A program made the position numbers and the translations under genes. Under the pieces are notes generated by a model. It was not told where the DNA came from. It made no database searches and saw nothing but the letters and a program-made list of their open reading frames with translations. DNA of 63,295 nt, the filler included, from Octopus bimaculoides (Eukaryota): assembly GCF_001194135.2 (NCBI RefSeq). It is 8 parts of 5 records of this genome, joined end to end, with 100 filler letters (N's around TTAATTAATTAA, not from the genome) between each part and the next. Parts side by side here need not be neighbours in the genome. Positions count along the whole stretch, not along the records: positions 1 to 17,682 come from NC_069002.1; 7 more parts are not named here. The stretch is one strand, 5' to 3'. This document shows positions 1 to 11,029 of the stretch, in pieces (position 1 is the first letter of the stretch; each line of letters starts with the position of its first letter).

Positions 1-91
1 TATATATATATATATATATATATATATCTGTGTGTGTATGTATGTATATAAGAGAGAGAGAGATGTATGCATATATGTATATTATCGTACT

Positions 92-504
92 TTATCGACC
101 GCACATGCTCAAGGTGTGTGTTTTACTTGTCCGCTGCGGTACAGCACTCTGGGGACGACTCCCTCTTAGCACTAGATGTTAAAACACCTGAAAGTCATAG
201 ACAGGTGAGACAACTTGCCTCCAGTCCCATTCAGAAGCGCTGGGTACCGATATTTTGCCATTTTCGTCGTGTGTTTCAGGTCGTTCTTGGTACGACTCAA
301 TTACATGATGTTGATAAGCTACAAAAGTAGTGAAATATCTGTATCCATCGCTCCTAGGTGGGACTGGAAACGAGCTGCTTCACCTTTTTATCACTTTCAG
401 GTGTTTCAACAACCAAGGCTAAGAGGGAGTCGTCCGTAGAGCGCAATGCGCAGCAAACCGGCGAAGAAGCAAAAATACATACATTGAATATGTGCGGTCG
501 ATAA
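92..504. repeat. ~410-bp imperfect palindrome (fold-back / rod-like hairpin)
   Basis: Perfect inverted pairs at 92-106/490-504 (15 bp) and 153-170/418-435 (18 bp). Further paired blocks at 177-199/389-411 and 203-239/349-385, continuing inward to an apical stem 280-284/292-296 with a 7-nt loop. Confidence 0.92.
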
Positions 505-891
505 TATTAACAACACTACCGCTGCGTTTAATTCATAATTGAATGCGTGCGTGCGCGCCTGTGTAACACCAAGTAGCTATTTAACTCGCTTTGAGATCAT
601 GAGTGCACCAAACCACACGTGTGTGTATGCTTGCGCTTTAGCGGATCCTTTTATGAGCAATTGTGCACGCGCTATGCAACTTATGCGAGGACGTTTATAC
701 ATCTATGTCTGTTAACGGTTATTTTTTAATACTTATCTCGCTGTATTGCATGTTCGTTTCTTTTTTGCATCTGTAATTTTATTTTTGAGCTTCTATATAA
801 ATGAAGATATTTCCTTCGTGTTGCTGCTTTTCTTTCTACGAAATGTGTAAATACATTGCAGAACTGTTATTTTAACGAGTTGTATCTATTT

Positions 892-988
892 ATCACCCGA
901 TGAGACACATCAGTACCACCGTATGCTCCTGATAAATTTCCCACTCGTGAGAGATCGATGCTAGGTGTATCGAAACAATTGTCGTGAT
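892..988 (+). ncRNA. Type I hammerhead ribozyme motif (PLE pseudo-LTR type), U4C variant with long stem II
   Basis: Stem I ATCAC(892-896)/GTGAT(984-988); core CCGATGA (897-903); stem II 904-971 closed by G-C; GAAA (972-975); palindromic stem III ACAATTGT (975-982); GTC cleavage triplet ending at 983; AATAATAAAA follows. Confidence 0.7.
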
Positions 989-1852
989 TAATAATAAAAT
1001 TTCTCATATATTCCATCTTTCGTCTTTCATTTACCATATAAAGACATAATTTCAATACGGAGCAAATAATTCAGGAGAAAAATAGTTGCGAAAATATTAT
1101 TGACTGTGTTATTATCTAGTGGAACAATTTAAAAATGACAATAACGGAATCAATAATGTAGGCAATTGCAGACCCCAAAAAAGTATTAAATAGCTGAAGG
1201 ATTAAAATTTATATTAATCAAAGGACATACTAAGTATTTCTACCTGCTGGAAATAACAATCAAAATTCTTATTTAAATCGCAAAAAAAATAAATAAATAA
1301 ATAAAAACTAAAGAAATCAACCGTCTGCGACCAAACGGGTCGAGACAAACTTTCAATATATATTCAAGTATTTGGACATGAATGTATGTTGAAAGTTTGT
1401 CTCGNNNNNNNNNNNNNNNNNNNNNNNNNNNNNNNNNNNNNNNNNNNNNNNNNNNNNNNNNNNNNNNNNNNNNNNNNNNNNNNNNNNCATATAAAATAAC
1501 AAAGGCGGTAATAATATAAATATAAAACCAAAAAGGAAGAATTCAATTGTCTCTAATTAAACTCTGTGTGTGTATTATGTGTGGGTGTGCGTGCGTATGT
1601 GTGAGTGTGTGTGTGTGTGTTTGTGTGTGTGCGCGTAAGGAGATGATAGTCAGGATTTTGATAAATGTCATTTATTGAACGCTTTCATTTCATTAAAGGA
1701 TTCAATCATTATGAATATTCAAAGGGGGCGAAAGCGCTCAATAATACCAATCTAAATCTTGACTACCTCCTTTTAATAATATATGAAATCTGTACACTAC
1801 TACAAAAAGTCTATACATGCACACATACACACGTACACATGCACACATACAT

Positions 1853-1910
<58 letters not shown>

Positions 1911-2849
1911 GTATATACCTACTTAAATATATATATATGGCCTCATTTATATATATTCTTATATATTCTTATATATACGTATAAATATATATGTAGGTGT
2001 GTGTCTATACTTGTCTATCGATATACACATAAAGAGATACAAATATTTGTTTATTTGGTTATTTAATTTTAGTGACCAACATTTGATAAATCAACCATTT
2101 TACAATTTATATCACATAAGGTGAATACGCAGGGCGAAATTTTTTCTATTCAATTGCTCAAATGTTTTCGTCACGTCACCTGAAAAATGTTGACAAACCC
2201 ATTTCTTCAATACCTCTCTATAATATAAAATAATTTTTATAGAAATCATTGTGTTAATATGTTATGGAGTTAGTGAGGCATGTATTATATAAGACGCAGC
2301 TTACAAAGAAGCTATTTAAAAAAATTAATCATAGCATAACAATGTTATGGATTTGTGTTTAAAATTTGTTGACAAGTGGTATTGTGAAGTGTAAATGTAC
2401 ATAAAAGCAATTTTACTAAGTTGTATAGGAACATTCTGGAAAATGAAATATAAACGAAGGGCAAGAAACACAGCAAAGAACATTTCAAGGACAAATGATG
2501 AATTTGACTTGGAGACTTTTTGACTGAAAACGTTTCATATCTGTGGAATAATGTTGATTGATTGCTTTTAAAAACTTTATTCAGTCATTTGTAGAGTTAC
2601 TCAAAAGAGGAAAAGACACTTTTCTGTTTTAAAAATGTTTAATGGTAGTCAGAGGAAGAATGAAAAGCAGTGATCTTGAAGCTTTTCCGGACCTCTGACA
2701 CCAGTGAACAGCGGATTGTTCACTTCACACATCAGACCTGGCCCATAGACTCTTGCAAGAGACTTCGCTAAAGGCACCAAATGGTAGTGTTAAATTGAAC
2801 GTGTACGGTGCATCCGAGACGTTTCCACAAAGTTTCCTTTTACTAAATT

Positions 2850-2896
2850 TCATTCGCAAGGTTTTGGTCATTCGCAAGGTTTTGGTCATTCGCAAG
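2850..2896. repeat. 18-bp tandem repeat (TCATTCGCAAGGTTTTGG x2.6)
   Basis: Direct reading of identical units. Confidence 0.9.
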
Positions 2897-3245
2897 CTTA
2901 AAGGAGTCAGGCAATGGGACCGAACCGAAAACCATAGAGTTGTGACGCGAACATGTTAACCACCATCTAGTTATTTTCAGACCACAAAATGATGACTGCT
3001 CCTTTGTGTTCCCGCAACAACTAACTATATTTAGATTAAGGTGAAATTGGGGATTGAACATGGAGACAACACATACGAACTAGTAACCGTTTGACCGGAT
3101 GTCTGTTGGCTAATCAGCTTGGTTACTTTTAACTAGTAATGTGGTTATTTGAGTTGTTAGAAATAACAGGCAAATCTTTAACTCACACTATACTGTGTTA
3201 AAAAGAAGGACACATTGAACAGCGTAATTTTAGAAACACGAAATG

Positions 3246-3298
3246 ATGGAATGGTCACAAATGGAATGGTCACAAATGGAATGGTCACAAATGGAATG
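3246..3298. repeat. 15-bp tandem repeat (ATGGAATGGTCACAA x3.5)
   Basis: Units start at 3246, 3261, 3276 and 3291. Confidence 0.9.
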
Positions 3299-4222
3299 CC
3301 TGGGATCATATGTGTGCTCTACCTAGAGCTAAATACTAACGGCAATTCGACCATCACGTCTGGGGAAATTTTTATCAATATGTGGCGAATATTGTAAAAT
3401 ATGAAGCAAGGTTAAACGATACGGTTTCAGTCCCTAGATTTCACGTCATTTACTTTATTGTAGGAATACCAATATAAAGTATAATATAAAACAATAAGAA
3501 TACAGCCTCACAGTCCTAAGGCTTTTGTCACGAAGTAAAATTAGTCACATAAGGACTTTTCTAGGAGCTTGGGTTAAAGATCACAACAAACGTCTTTTTT
3601 TTTTGTCGGCTCTCAATCTTGTACTGTTACTGTGACTGTCACTGCTCAATTATAAAATTTTTAGAATATTTTTTTGAGATGGGAGAAGGGCAGAGTCCAT
3701 GGTCCTTTCCGAGGGGTCAGGAGGTAAATTATTATTAAACCATTAATCTGGCCCATTGCTGGCAGTTGAGCGAGCTCTGCTAGCTTCCTTGAAGGGCTAG
3801 GCGTCATTGGTTTATCAAGACAGTCTACCGACAAACTAACCTTAATCCTCTGATGGGCTGCCACAATTTCCGCCAACTAAATCACACTCTTAAAGCATTT
3901 GTAGACCAAAATATTAGTTGATAGAATATATACTTAACGAAGGTACAATCCAATGGAATTGAGCCTTAAAGCATGTTGCTGCAAAGCGATTTTCTTAACT
4001 ATACAGACTTGTCTGCCGTTACTTAACTACGTGTCCATGTCAACAGTCAAATCGTTCAAGTACAATGCTGACGGCCCTAAAGTTTTAACCAGTGAAATAA
4101 TACGGAATAGGCTAGGAATTAATATATATGTGGTGCGATATTCGTACATATTTAGTCTTACTCTAAAATTCAGTCCGGGATTCCTTTGGACAGCCTGCGG
4201 GTGAGATCAGCTAGATTCAACT

Positions 4223-4350
4223 CAGGCCATCAACCTTTTATAGGTTCAAACCAGGCCATCAACCTTTTACAGGTTCAAACCAGGCCATCAACCTTTTACA
4301 GGTTCAAACCAGGCCATCAACCTTTTACAGGTTCAAACCAGGCCATCAAC
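4223..4350. repeat. 29-bp minisatellite x4.4
   Basis: Units CAGGCCATCAACCTTTTACAGGTTCAAAC start at 4223, 4252, 4281, 4310 and 4339; no spacers. Confidence 0.92.
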
Positions 4351-5673
4351 ATCTTACAATAAACGAGCTGCTATATCAGATACAAGTTATTCTTACATTT
4401 AAATAAGTAACCTCCTGTTACTATCGTCTGCGCTTTGGATGAGGTAACTTGAATTGACTGGAGCGAATCTCAGTGATGTGTTCTTTCATAAGTGTTTACA
4501 ATGCTGGTTCGATTCTAGGTTGGGAGAGATCATGAACTTTTCCTTCGTTTAACCCTTCTATTCAAATCACAGATGTTGTTGTTGTAGTTATTCAGCTCCA
4601 TGTCTACCTTGATTGCATTGGTTTATAAAACATTCAACTATGAACCCTCCATCTTATTTTCAAACAAAACATCTGCTATACAAATGCTATTATCCAAATT
4701 GCGCTCTTTATTTTTAAGATTGTAGGATGTGATTGGTTTGAAGAGAATATAGCTTCTTCTTTTTGTATTTTGTATTATAGCAGCTTGCACGATCACTTAC
4801 TGAGCGTCTCATTAGCTAGTAATACAGAAAGTGAGTACATTTTACGTTAGTCCGGATCTTCATAAAACCCGAATTTCTGTAAAACCTTTATGCTTCAAGA
4901 AAACGTTGGCATCCTTTCTCTGTAAAATACCTTCAGTATAACTTAAGGGACCTGAATTATTCAGCATCTCTTGTTATTAATGAAATTCAATGATCTTAGT
5001 TATCTAGATCGATAACAAGTATCGTGTTACTCAATTAAGAGTTTGCCAATATTTTCTGTCAGTGTAACAGTGCTCAGGACATTTAACTACCATTAGATCA
5101 GCGTACCAGTATAGGAATGTAGCTGAGTAAAAATACTCAGAGACATCTGTGGCATTGAAAACTTCATAGTAAAGTGATGATAATGAGTATGATGTGGTAA
5201 ACTGAGAAATTTAATCGAAACTACATCTTTATTGATGAGACTAAATCAATAACTAAACGAGTAATTGTGACGAAAAGGTTGAGTCAACGCAGACTCAGAC
5301 TCACTGCTCCGCTGTATTCCAATTAATTAATTTTAATCAAAATTTCACGGGTTGTTTCCTCTACCCATTTGGATTAGAATCTGTCGTTTAGATAATAACT
5401 TATTAGGGGTGTAATTTTGCTTTCTTCATGAGTATTCTATTGCCTATTTATATGTGTGTATGTGTGTGTGTGTGTTTGTTTGTTTTAATATTTCACTTAG
5501 GCATTGTAAGACTAATAACCTGGTGTAGGACTCAATATACGTATGTTTCGGAACAAAGTATAGAGTATAGAATAAGAAAAAGAGATGACAGGAAAAACAA
5601 TGGTTATCTAATAATCTTCATTGGCTTACAGCTGTAAGCTGATGAAGTTCATAACATAACCATCTCTTTTTCG

Positions 5674-5737
<64 letters not shown>

Positions 5738-5888
5738 TACATATATATATATATAATTTTTTAATCGCATCGAGTTACAAAAGTGATTCCAGACCCGAGG
5801 GTATCGTGCACGAAACTCGGCAATGCAATTTTTGCTAATTAAAAAAAAATTTAATGTAACCAAATTTAGTTTTTTTAAATTCTATTTC

Positions 5889-5926
<38 letters not shown>

Positions 5927-6258
5927 ATGGGAGAGTGAAACACCTAACAACTTACCCGACTAATTGACAGGGTGTCGCTCACCAATGCACTCCAATTTCC
6001 AGGTCGCAAATGAACTGTGCCATTTTTTCTACTTCTTTTGTAGTGGTTCCACGAAACTAGTTCATCTCGCATCACCACCACTCCATTGCATTCATCTATG
6101 AATATTTGACACCGACTAAACGAATCAAACACCAACAAGCCATTGAACCGATTAGTTATCTGTTTAACTTGAATTACCTTTTATCGTCTTGTCAGATTCA
6201 TTGTAAGATAAATCATATTACAAGAAAAGTAAAATAGTTATTTAATATTCGTTGGTGA

Positions 6259-6628
6259 GGGGAGGCGCAATGGCCCAGTGGTTAGGGCAGCGGACTCGCG
6301 GTTTCGATTCCCAGACCAGGCGTTGTGAGTGTTTATTGAGCGAAAATGCCTAAAGCTCCACGAGGCTCCGGCAGGGGTTGGTGGCGAACCCTACTGTACT
6401 CTTTCACCACAACTTTCTCTCACTCTTACTTCCTGTTTCTGTTGTGCCTGTAATTCAAAGGGTCAGCCTTGTCACACTGTATCACGCTGAATATTCCCGA
6501 GAACTACGTTAAGGGTACACATGTCTGTGGAGTGCTCAGCCACTTGCACGTTAATTTCACGAGCAGGCTGTTCCGTTGATCGGATCAACTGGAACCCTCG
6601 ACATCATAAGCGACGGAGTGCCAACAAC
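6259..6628 (+). mobile_element. tRNA-derived SINE, family A, full length with 12-bp TSD
   Basis: tRNA-like head (GGCCCAGTGGTTAGG A-box-like, GGTTTCGATTCCC B-box-like), CAACAACA tail, TSD ATTCGTTGGTGA at 6247-6258 and 6629-6640. Near-identical to copies at 7363 and 42131. Confidence 0.9.
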
Positions 6629-7362
6629 ATTCGTTGGTGAAACAAATCTTTGTATATTCGTATGAAAGACGAAAGAAATAACCCTCTACCTCGGCCTCTC
6701 TTTAACTATGTTGTCTTTGAACACAATAAAACCTTTTAAATCGCAACAATTTCTGTTGATTTCTTTTGGCAATGTTACCATCATAACATTATGTAAATCT
6801 ATGTTTCTAGATTTAAGCCGTCCACGTCAGGACTAGAAATTACTATATCAATAATTGGTTGATGACTTTCTGCAAAGTCCAATTAAGACCCACAGTTGAC
6901 CTGTAGTGCAGCCCTCAGATAATCACAAGTCGTTCTCAAGCTAACAAATACCAGCGAACTCCCTACCCCAAATCTTCCTCTCTTCTTTGTTAATGAGAAG
7001 GCAAATTAAGGTTTACATCCATAGAATTCCTCTTTCTTTGTCATGGAGTTGGGAAAGTTTAAAAATTTGAAAGCTATTTTAGTTTGATAATACATAGCGA
7101 TTTGTCTTTTTACCCCTTACAATTTCCGCCAATGAAATAGTCTGCCCTAGACAGAATAAAAAAAAAACCATTCGTTTAAAACACTACAATCACTAGATGA
7201 CATAGGACTGCTCCCCGCTCAACCTCTTCTGCCGCTACTATAACGGCCTCTGCTCCTCGAAACCAGTTGGCTACGATGGTGGTGGTGGTGGAGATGATGG
7301 CAGTGAGGCTATGATAATAATGGTGATAGTGATCAAAGTAGTAATGTCAGTAGTTATGATAG

Positions 7363-7726
7363 TGGAGGCGCAATGGCCCAGTGATTGGGGCAGCGGTCAT
7401 AGGTTCGCGGTTTCGATTCCCAGACCGGGCGTTGTGAGTGTTTATTGAGCGAAAATACCTAAAGCTCCACGAGGCTCCAGTAGGGGATGGTGGCGAACCC
7501 TGCTGTACTCTTTCACCACAACTTTCTCTCACTCTTACTTCCTGTTTCTGTTGTGCTTGTAATTCAAAGGTTCAGCCTTGTCACGCTGAATATCCCCGAG
7601 AACTACGTTAAGGGTACACGTGTCTGTGGAGTGCTCAGCCACTTGCACGTTAATTTCACGAACAGGCTGTTCCGTTGATCGGATCAACTGGAACCCTCGA
7701 CGTCGTAAGCGACGGAGTGCCAACAC
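7363..7726 (+). mobile_element. tRNA-derived SINE, family A, 11-bp TSD
   Basis: Same sequence as 6259-6628; TSD AGTTATGATAG at 7352-7362 and 7727-7737; inserted in a GAT/GGT-rich tract. Confidence 0.9.
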
Positions 7727-8089
7727 AGTTATGATAGCAGTTGTGATGGTGATGAAGGTGGTGGCAATAATGATGGTGACGATGATGTTGTGGTTTTTAT
7801 TGGTGACGGTGGTGGTGGTGATGAATGATCGCGGTGATCGTTGTATCATCTGCGGTAATGATTGTCATAGTATGACAGTAGGAGGTGCGATCTAATGGAG
7901 TTTAGCTGCTATTTCCAACGAGTCAACAGACAGCTAAGCGGCTTGCCCGTTGGGTTCTGTCTATCACAGAACACAGACATACATTGTCGTCTAGTTAATG
8001 GTATTGGCCATGAACAAAGTCCTTTTCTAAAAGCTAATAAAGGGTAAATGGTAAAGACTGCCTTCGGTTGTAAATGACCATGGGATTGC

Positions 8090-8320
8090 AGCCAGAAAGT
8101 TCCCCTCCACGACACAAGACCGGGCAAGGTTGTTTATGGAAAACCAGTAGGCCTCCCCTCTCCACGCCACTAATGTTATCCAAGGGAAAGGCAAAGGTCA
8201 ATACAGCTTGGCACCAGTGACGTCACAGCTCATTTCTACAGCTTAGTGAACTGGAGCAACGTGAAATAAAGGGTCTTGCTGAAGAACTCAGCACACAGCC
8301 TGGTCCGTGAGGTAGCAGGT
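8090..8320 (-). mobile_element. SINE family B fragment
   Basis: Shares the block AGCTGAGTGAACTGGAGCAACGTGAAATAAAG...TTGCT with 32100-32352 and, in reverse, 34258-34470. Confidence 0.6.
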
Positions 8321-8339
8321 GATGAGGTGGGGGGGGGGA

Positions 8340-9110
8340 ATTCCGCATACTCCTGCACAAATGACTTGCTGGGGCACTCCCTGCGATAATGACCGCGATG
8401 GCGTTGACGCGGAGAATGGCGGGGCTCATTTCTCCGACGGGTCGTTGTTGTCCCTATTTTGCGGAGGAAATTGGTAGCACGGAGTACGAAAACACCTGAC
8501 GCCTTGACNNNNNNNNNNNNNNNNNNNNNNNNNNNNNNNNNNNNNNNNNNNNNNNNNNNNNNNNNNNNNNNNNNNNNNNNNNNNNNNNNNNNNNNNNNNN
8601 NNNNNNNNNNNNNNNNNNNNNNNNNNNNNNNNNNNNNNNNNNNNNNNNNNNNNNNNNNNNNNNNNNNNNNNNNNNNNNNNNNNNNNNNNNNNNNNNNNNN
8701 NNNNNNNNNNNNNNNNNNNNNNNNNNNNNNNNNNNNNNNNNNNNNNNNNNNCCATCGAATAGAAAGAGGGCTATTCCGTCAGGCTGCTTATTGTACCCGA
8801 GGTCAAGACCTACTTGTTCAAGTTGAGACGGGAAGCCAACCGCATCAAGGCCCCTTCTGATCATGTCGTTCAGAGCGGCATGTCGGAGGAATCAGCCCGC
8901 GCTAAGGCTGCAAGATAATGGGTGCCTGCCAGCCGAATTCGTCTACTACCGCTCCACAGCGGCATTTGTGCGGCCCACACCCAAGGAGAGCGAGGCGTTG
9001 GGCCACTCCGATACGGGTGCACTCATCATCTAGAAGGGTACTGGTAGATGAAGAGGGTACCGCTATTTAGCTGCGAGGCAGAACGAAGGTAGGCTAGACT
9101 GCGCTGGTCT
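8340..9110 (-). mobile_element. CRE-clade non-LTR retrotransposon, decayed 3' part (zinc knuckle + restriction-like endonuclease)
   Basis: Minus-strand peptides across frameshifts: DQRSLAYLRSASQLNSG, LLDDECTRIGVAQRL, PHKCRCGAVVDEFG, RHAALNDMIRRGLDAVGFPSQLEQVGLDLGYNKQPDGIALF, SGVFVLRATNFLRKIG, AILRVNAIAV. These match the CRE-type CCHC + PD-(D/E)xK C-terminus. An assembly gap lies inside. Confidence 0.8.
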
Positions 9111-9326
9111 AATAAATATATTGTATTGAAATCTAATTTATTTTGTGATGCTTGCGTTATTATATGATCGTATTCACACACGCAAGCGTGCACCCGTATC
9201 GGAGTGGCCCAACGCCTCGCTCTCCTTGGGTGTGGGCCGCACAAATGCCGCTGTGGAGCGGTAGTAGACGAATTCGGCTGGCAGGCACCCATTATCTTGC
9301 AGCCTTAGCGCGGGCTGATTCCTCCG
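8884..9326. repeat. Perfect 139-bp inverted duplication with 165-bp spacer
   Basis: 8884-9022 is the exact reverse complement of 9188-9326 (checked base by base). Confidence 0.95.
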
Positions 9327-9635
9327 TACGTACATTCAAACACATCTACATGCGCATACCCGCCCACATATACATAATCACATACTTATATGCCCACATA
9401 TGCAAATATGAACACGTACACATACAGATACGTACGTACACAGATATACAATCACACATATGAATGCACCCATCTAGATGTCACCACAAGCGCACACGCA
9501 CATTCACACTCACACACAGTACATACCAGACATACCAGCACTGACGCATACATGCACGTACATCCAGATATATCCAAATATATCTCGCTGCGACGGTAAA
9601 TAGCCGTAAACGCCCAAATATAAAGAGATACACAC

Positions 9636-9668
<33 letters not shown>

Positions 9669-9932
9669 GGTACACGCTAAATGAAGTAATTTAACCTATT
9701 ATCTTATGCAGTCACGATTTTATCTCCCAATCCCATATTAGAATATAAGGGCAGGCTGGAAACGCAGTCAACCTCACATAAACAATCATTTAGTAGTGCA
9801 AATGATCATAACACGGCGAGCATCAAAATTCTAATTAGAAGTAAAAGTAATGGTTTGAAGAGAAGGACAAAATCTTAATCATTTATAGTTTTTCAATTAT
9901 TTCAGGTTAGCTGCTTGACAGAATTGTTAGAG

Positions 9933-10610
9933 AAGGGGTTCTCAATCTTTGTTTGCTATCTTAGTTTGGTGGGCCTCCATAGCCATTCAATGTTTAAAAA
10001 CTAGTATTAGAGAAACTTCCTCCAAAATTTCTATTTTGTTTGTCACTCATTAACTTGTGTAGGTTAAACTATGTAAAACATTAGAGAAAGAAACCTAGCT
10101 GTTTCTCGCAATACATACCAATAGATACATCAAAAGCAGGGGTTCTCAACCATTTTTTATCTATGGACCCCTTTGATTACTAATTTATTCTGGTGAACCC
10201 CATAACCATTTGATGTTTAATAACTAGTTTTGTAGAAACTTCTTCGAAAATTCCTATTTTGCTTGCCGCACATTAACTTATGTAGGTTGCTCCTTCGGCG
10301 TGTGATCTACAAGGGAGATTATTTTAGATTACTTTTAAAATTATTTTCTACATACTTAGCATTATAAATGTATTTTTCCAAAATTATTACAATTTTATTA
10401 AGAAAACCCATATAATAATTAAAATAAGCGGGTAGATTATCCACCAAAGTAAATTTACTCACGTAGATCACACGGAAAGTAGCACTAATACAAAGTAAAC
10501 AAAAAAATAACCTAAAGTAATCTCTCTTGTAGATCACACGACAAAGGAGCATCGGTTGAACTACGTAAAACGTTCGAGAAAGAAACCGCTGTCTATGCTC
10601 TTTTGTCGTA
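9933..10610 (+). mobile_element. Two tandem partial copies of a hAT-like MITE
   Basis: Both start with (C/A)AGGGGTTCTCAA (9933, 10136) and share the CTAG...AGAAACTTC...CTATTTTG...TAACTT.TGTAGGTT body. The second copy is split by a nested TIR element. Confidence 0.55.
10289..10550. mobile_element. ~260-bp MITE with 33-bp terminal inverted repeats, nested in the hAT-like MITE
   Basis: GCTCCTTCGGCGTGTGATCTACAAGGGAGATTA (10289-10321) versus the reverse complement of 10518-10550, 3 mismatches. The host MITE sequence resumes after it. Confidence 0.8.
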
Positions 10611-10964
10611 ATGACGGTCAATCACACAGTAATTTCCCTTTGTTTAACGGTCATTTTTCACAGGAACTTTCAATGGCCGGATAACTGAAAAAATGTTGGC
10701 GTGGGTTCCCATCCCGGCATCCGAAACTCGGAGTTTTATCATGGCTACCAAATAAGTGTCACATATTTTTACAGATAAATTCCTCTATTTATGTAATATC
10801 GAGGTCTCTTTCTTTCTTTTGTTGTCCTTCCTGTCAAATATATATATATATATANNNNNNNNNNNNNNNNNNNNNNNNNNNNNNNNNNNNNNNNNNNNNN
10901 NNNNNNNNNNNNNNNNNNNNNNNNNNNNNNNNNNNNNNNNNNNNNNNNNNNNNNNNNNNNNNNN

Positions 10965-10996
<32 letters not shown>

Positions 10997-11029
10997 ATGT
11001 GCGTGCGTGTACTATTACCTGCAGGTTAG

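Noticed and set aside
67-330. 87-aa ORF over the left arm of the fold-back
   Set aside because: Starts in a microsatellite, the equivalent frame on the other arm has a stop, and most arm differences are non-synonymous.
2490-2760. Weak resemblance to a tyrosine phosphatase segment (RIVHFTHQTWPIDS)
   Set aside because: Flanked by stops, no splice signals, no other PTP motifs; likely chance.
4223-4350. CRISPR-like array (29-bp hairpin-containing repeats)
   Set aside because: Units are contiguous with no spacers, there are no cas genes, and the context is eukaryotic.
5230-5290. TGATGAG...CGAAA hammerhead-like words with an 8-bp hairpin
   Set aside because: Stems I and II do not pair in the required geometry.
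6259-6320. tRNA genes at SINE heads (also 7363, 16962, 42440-42514)
   Set aside because: They lack a complete cloverleaf and run into SINE bodies with TSDs.
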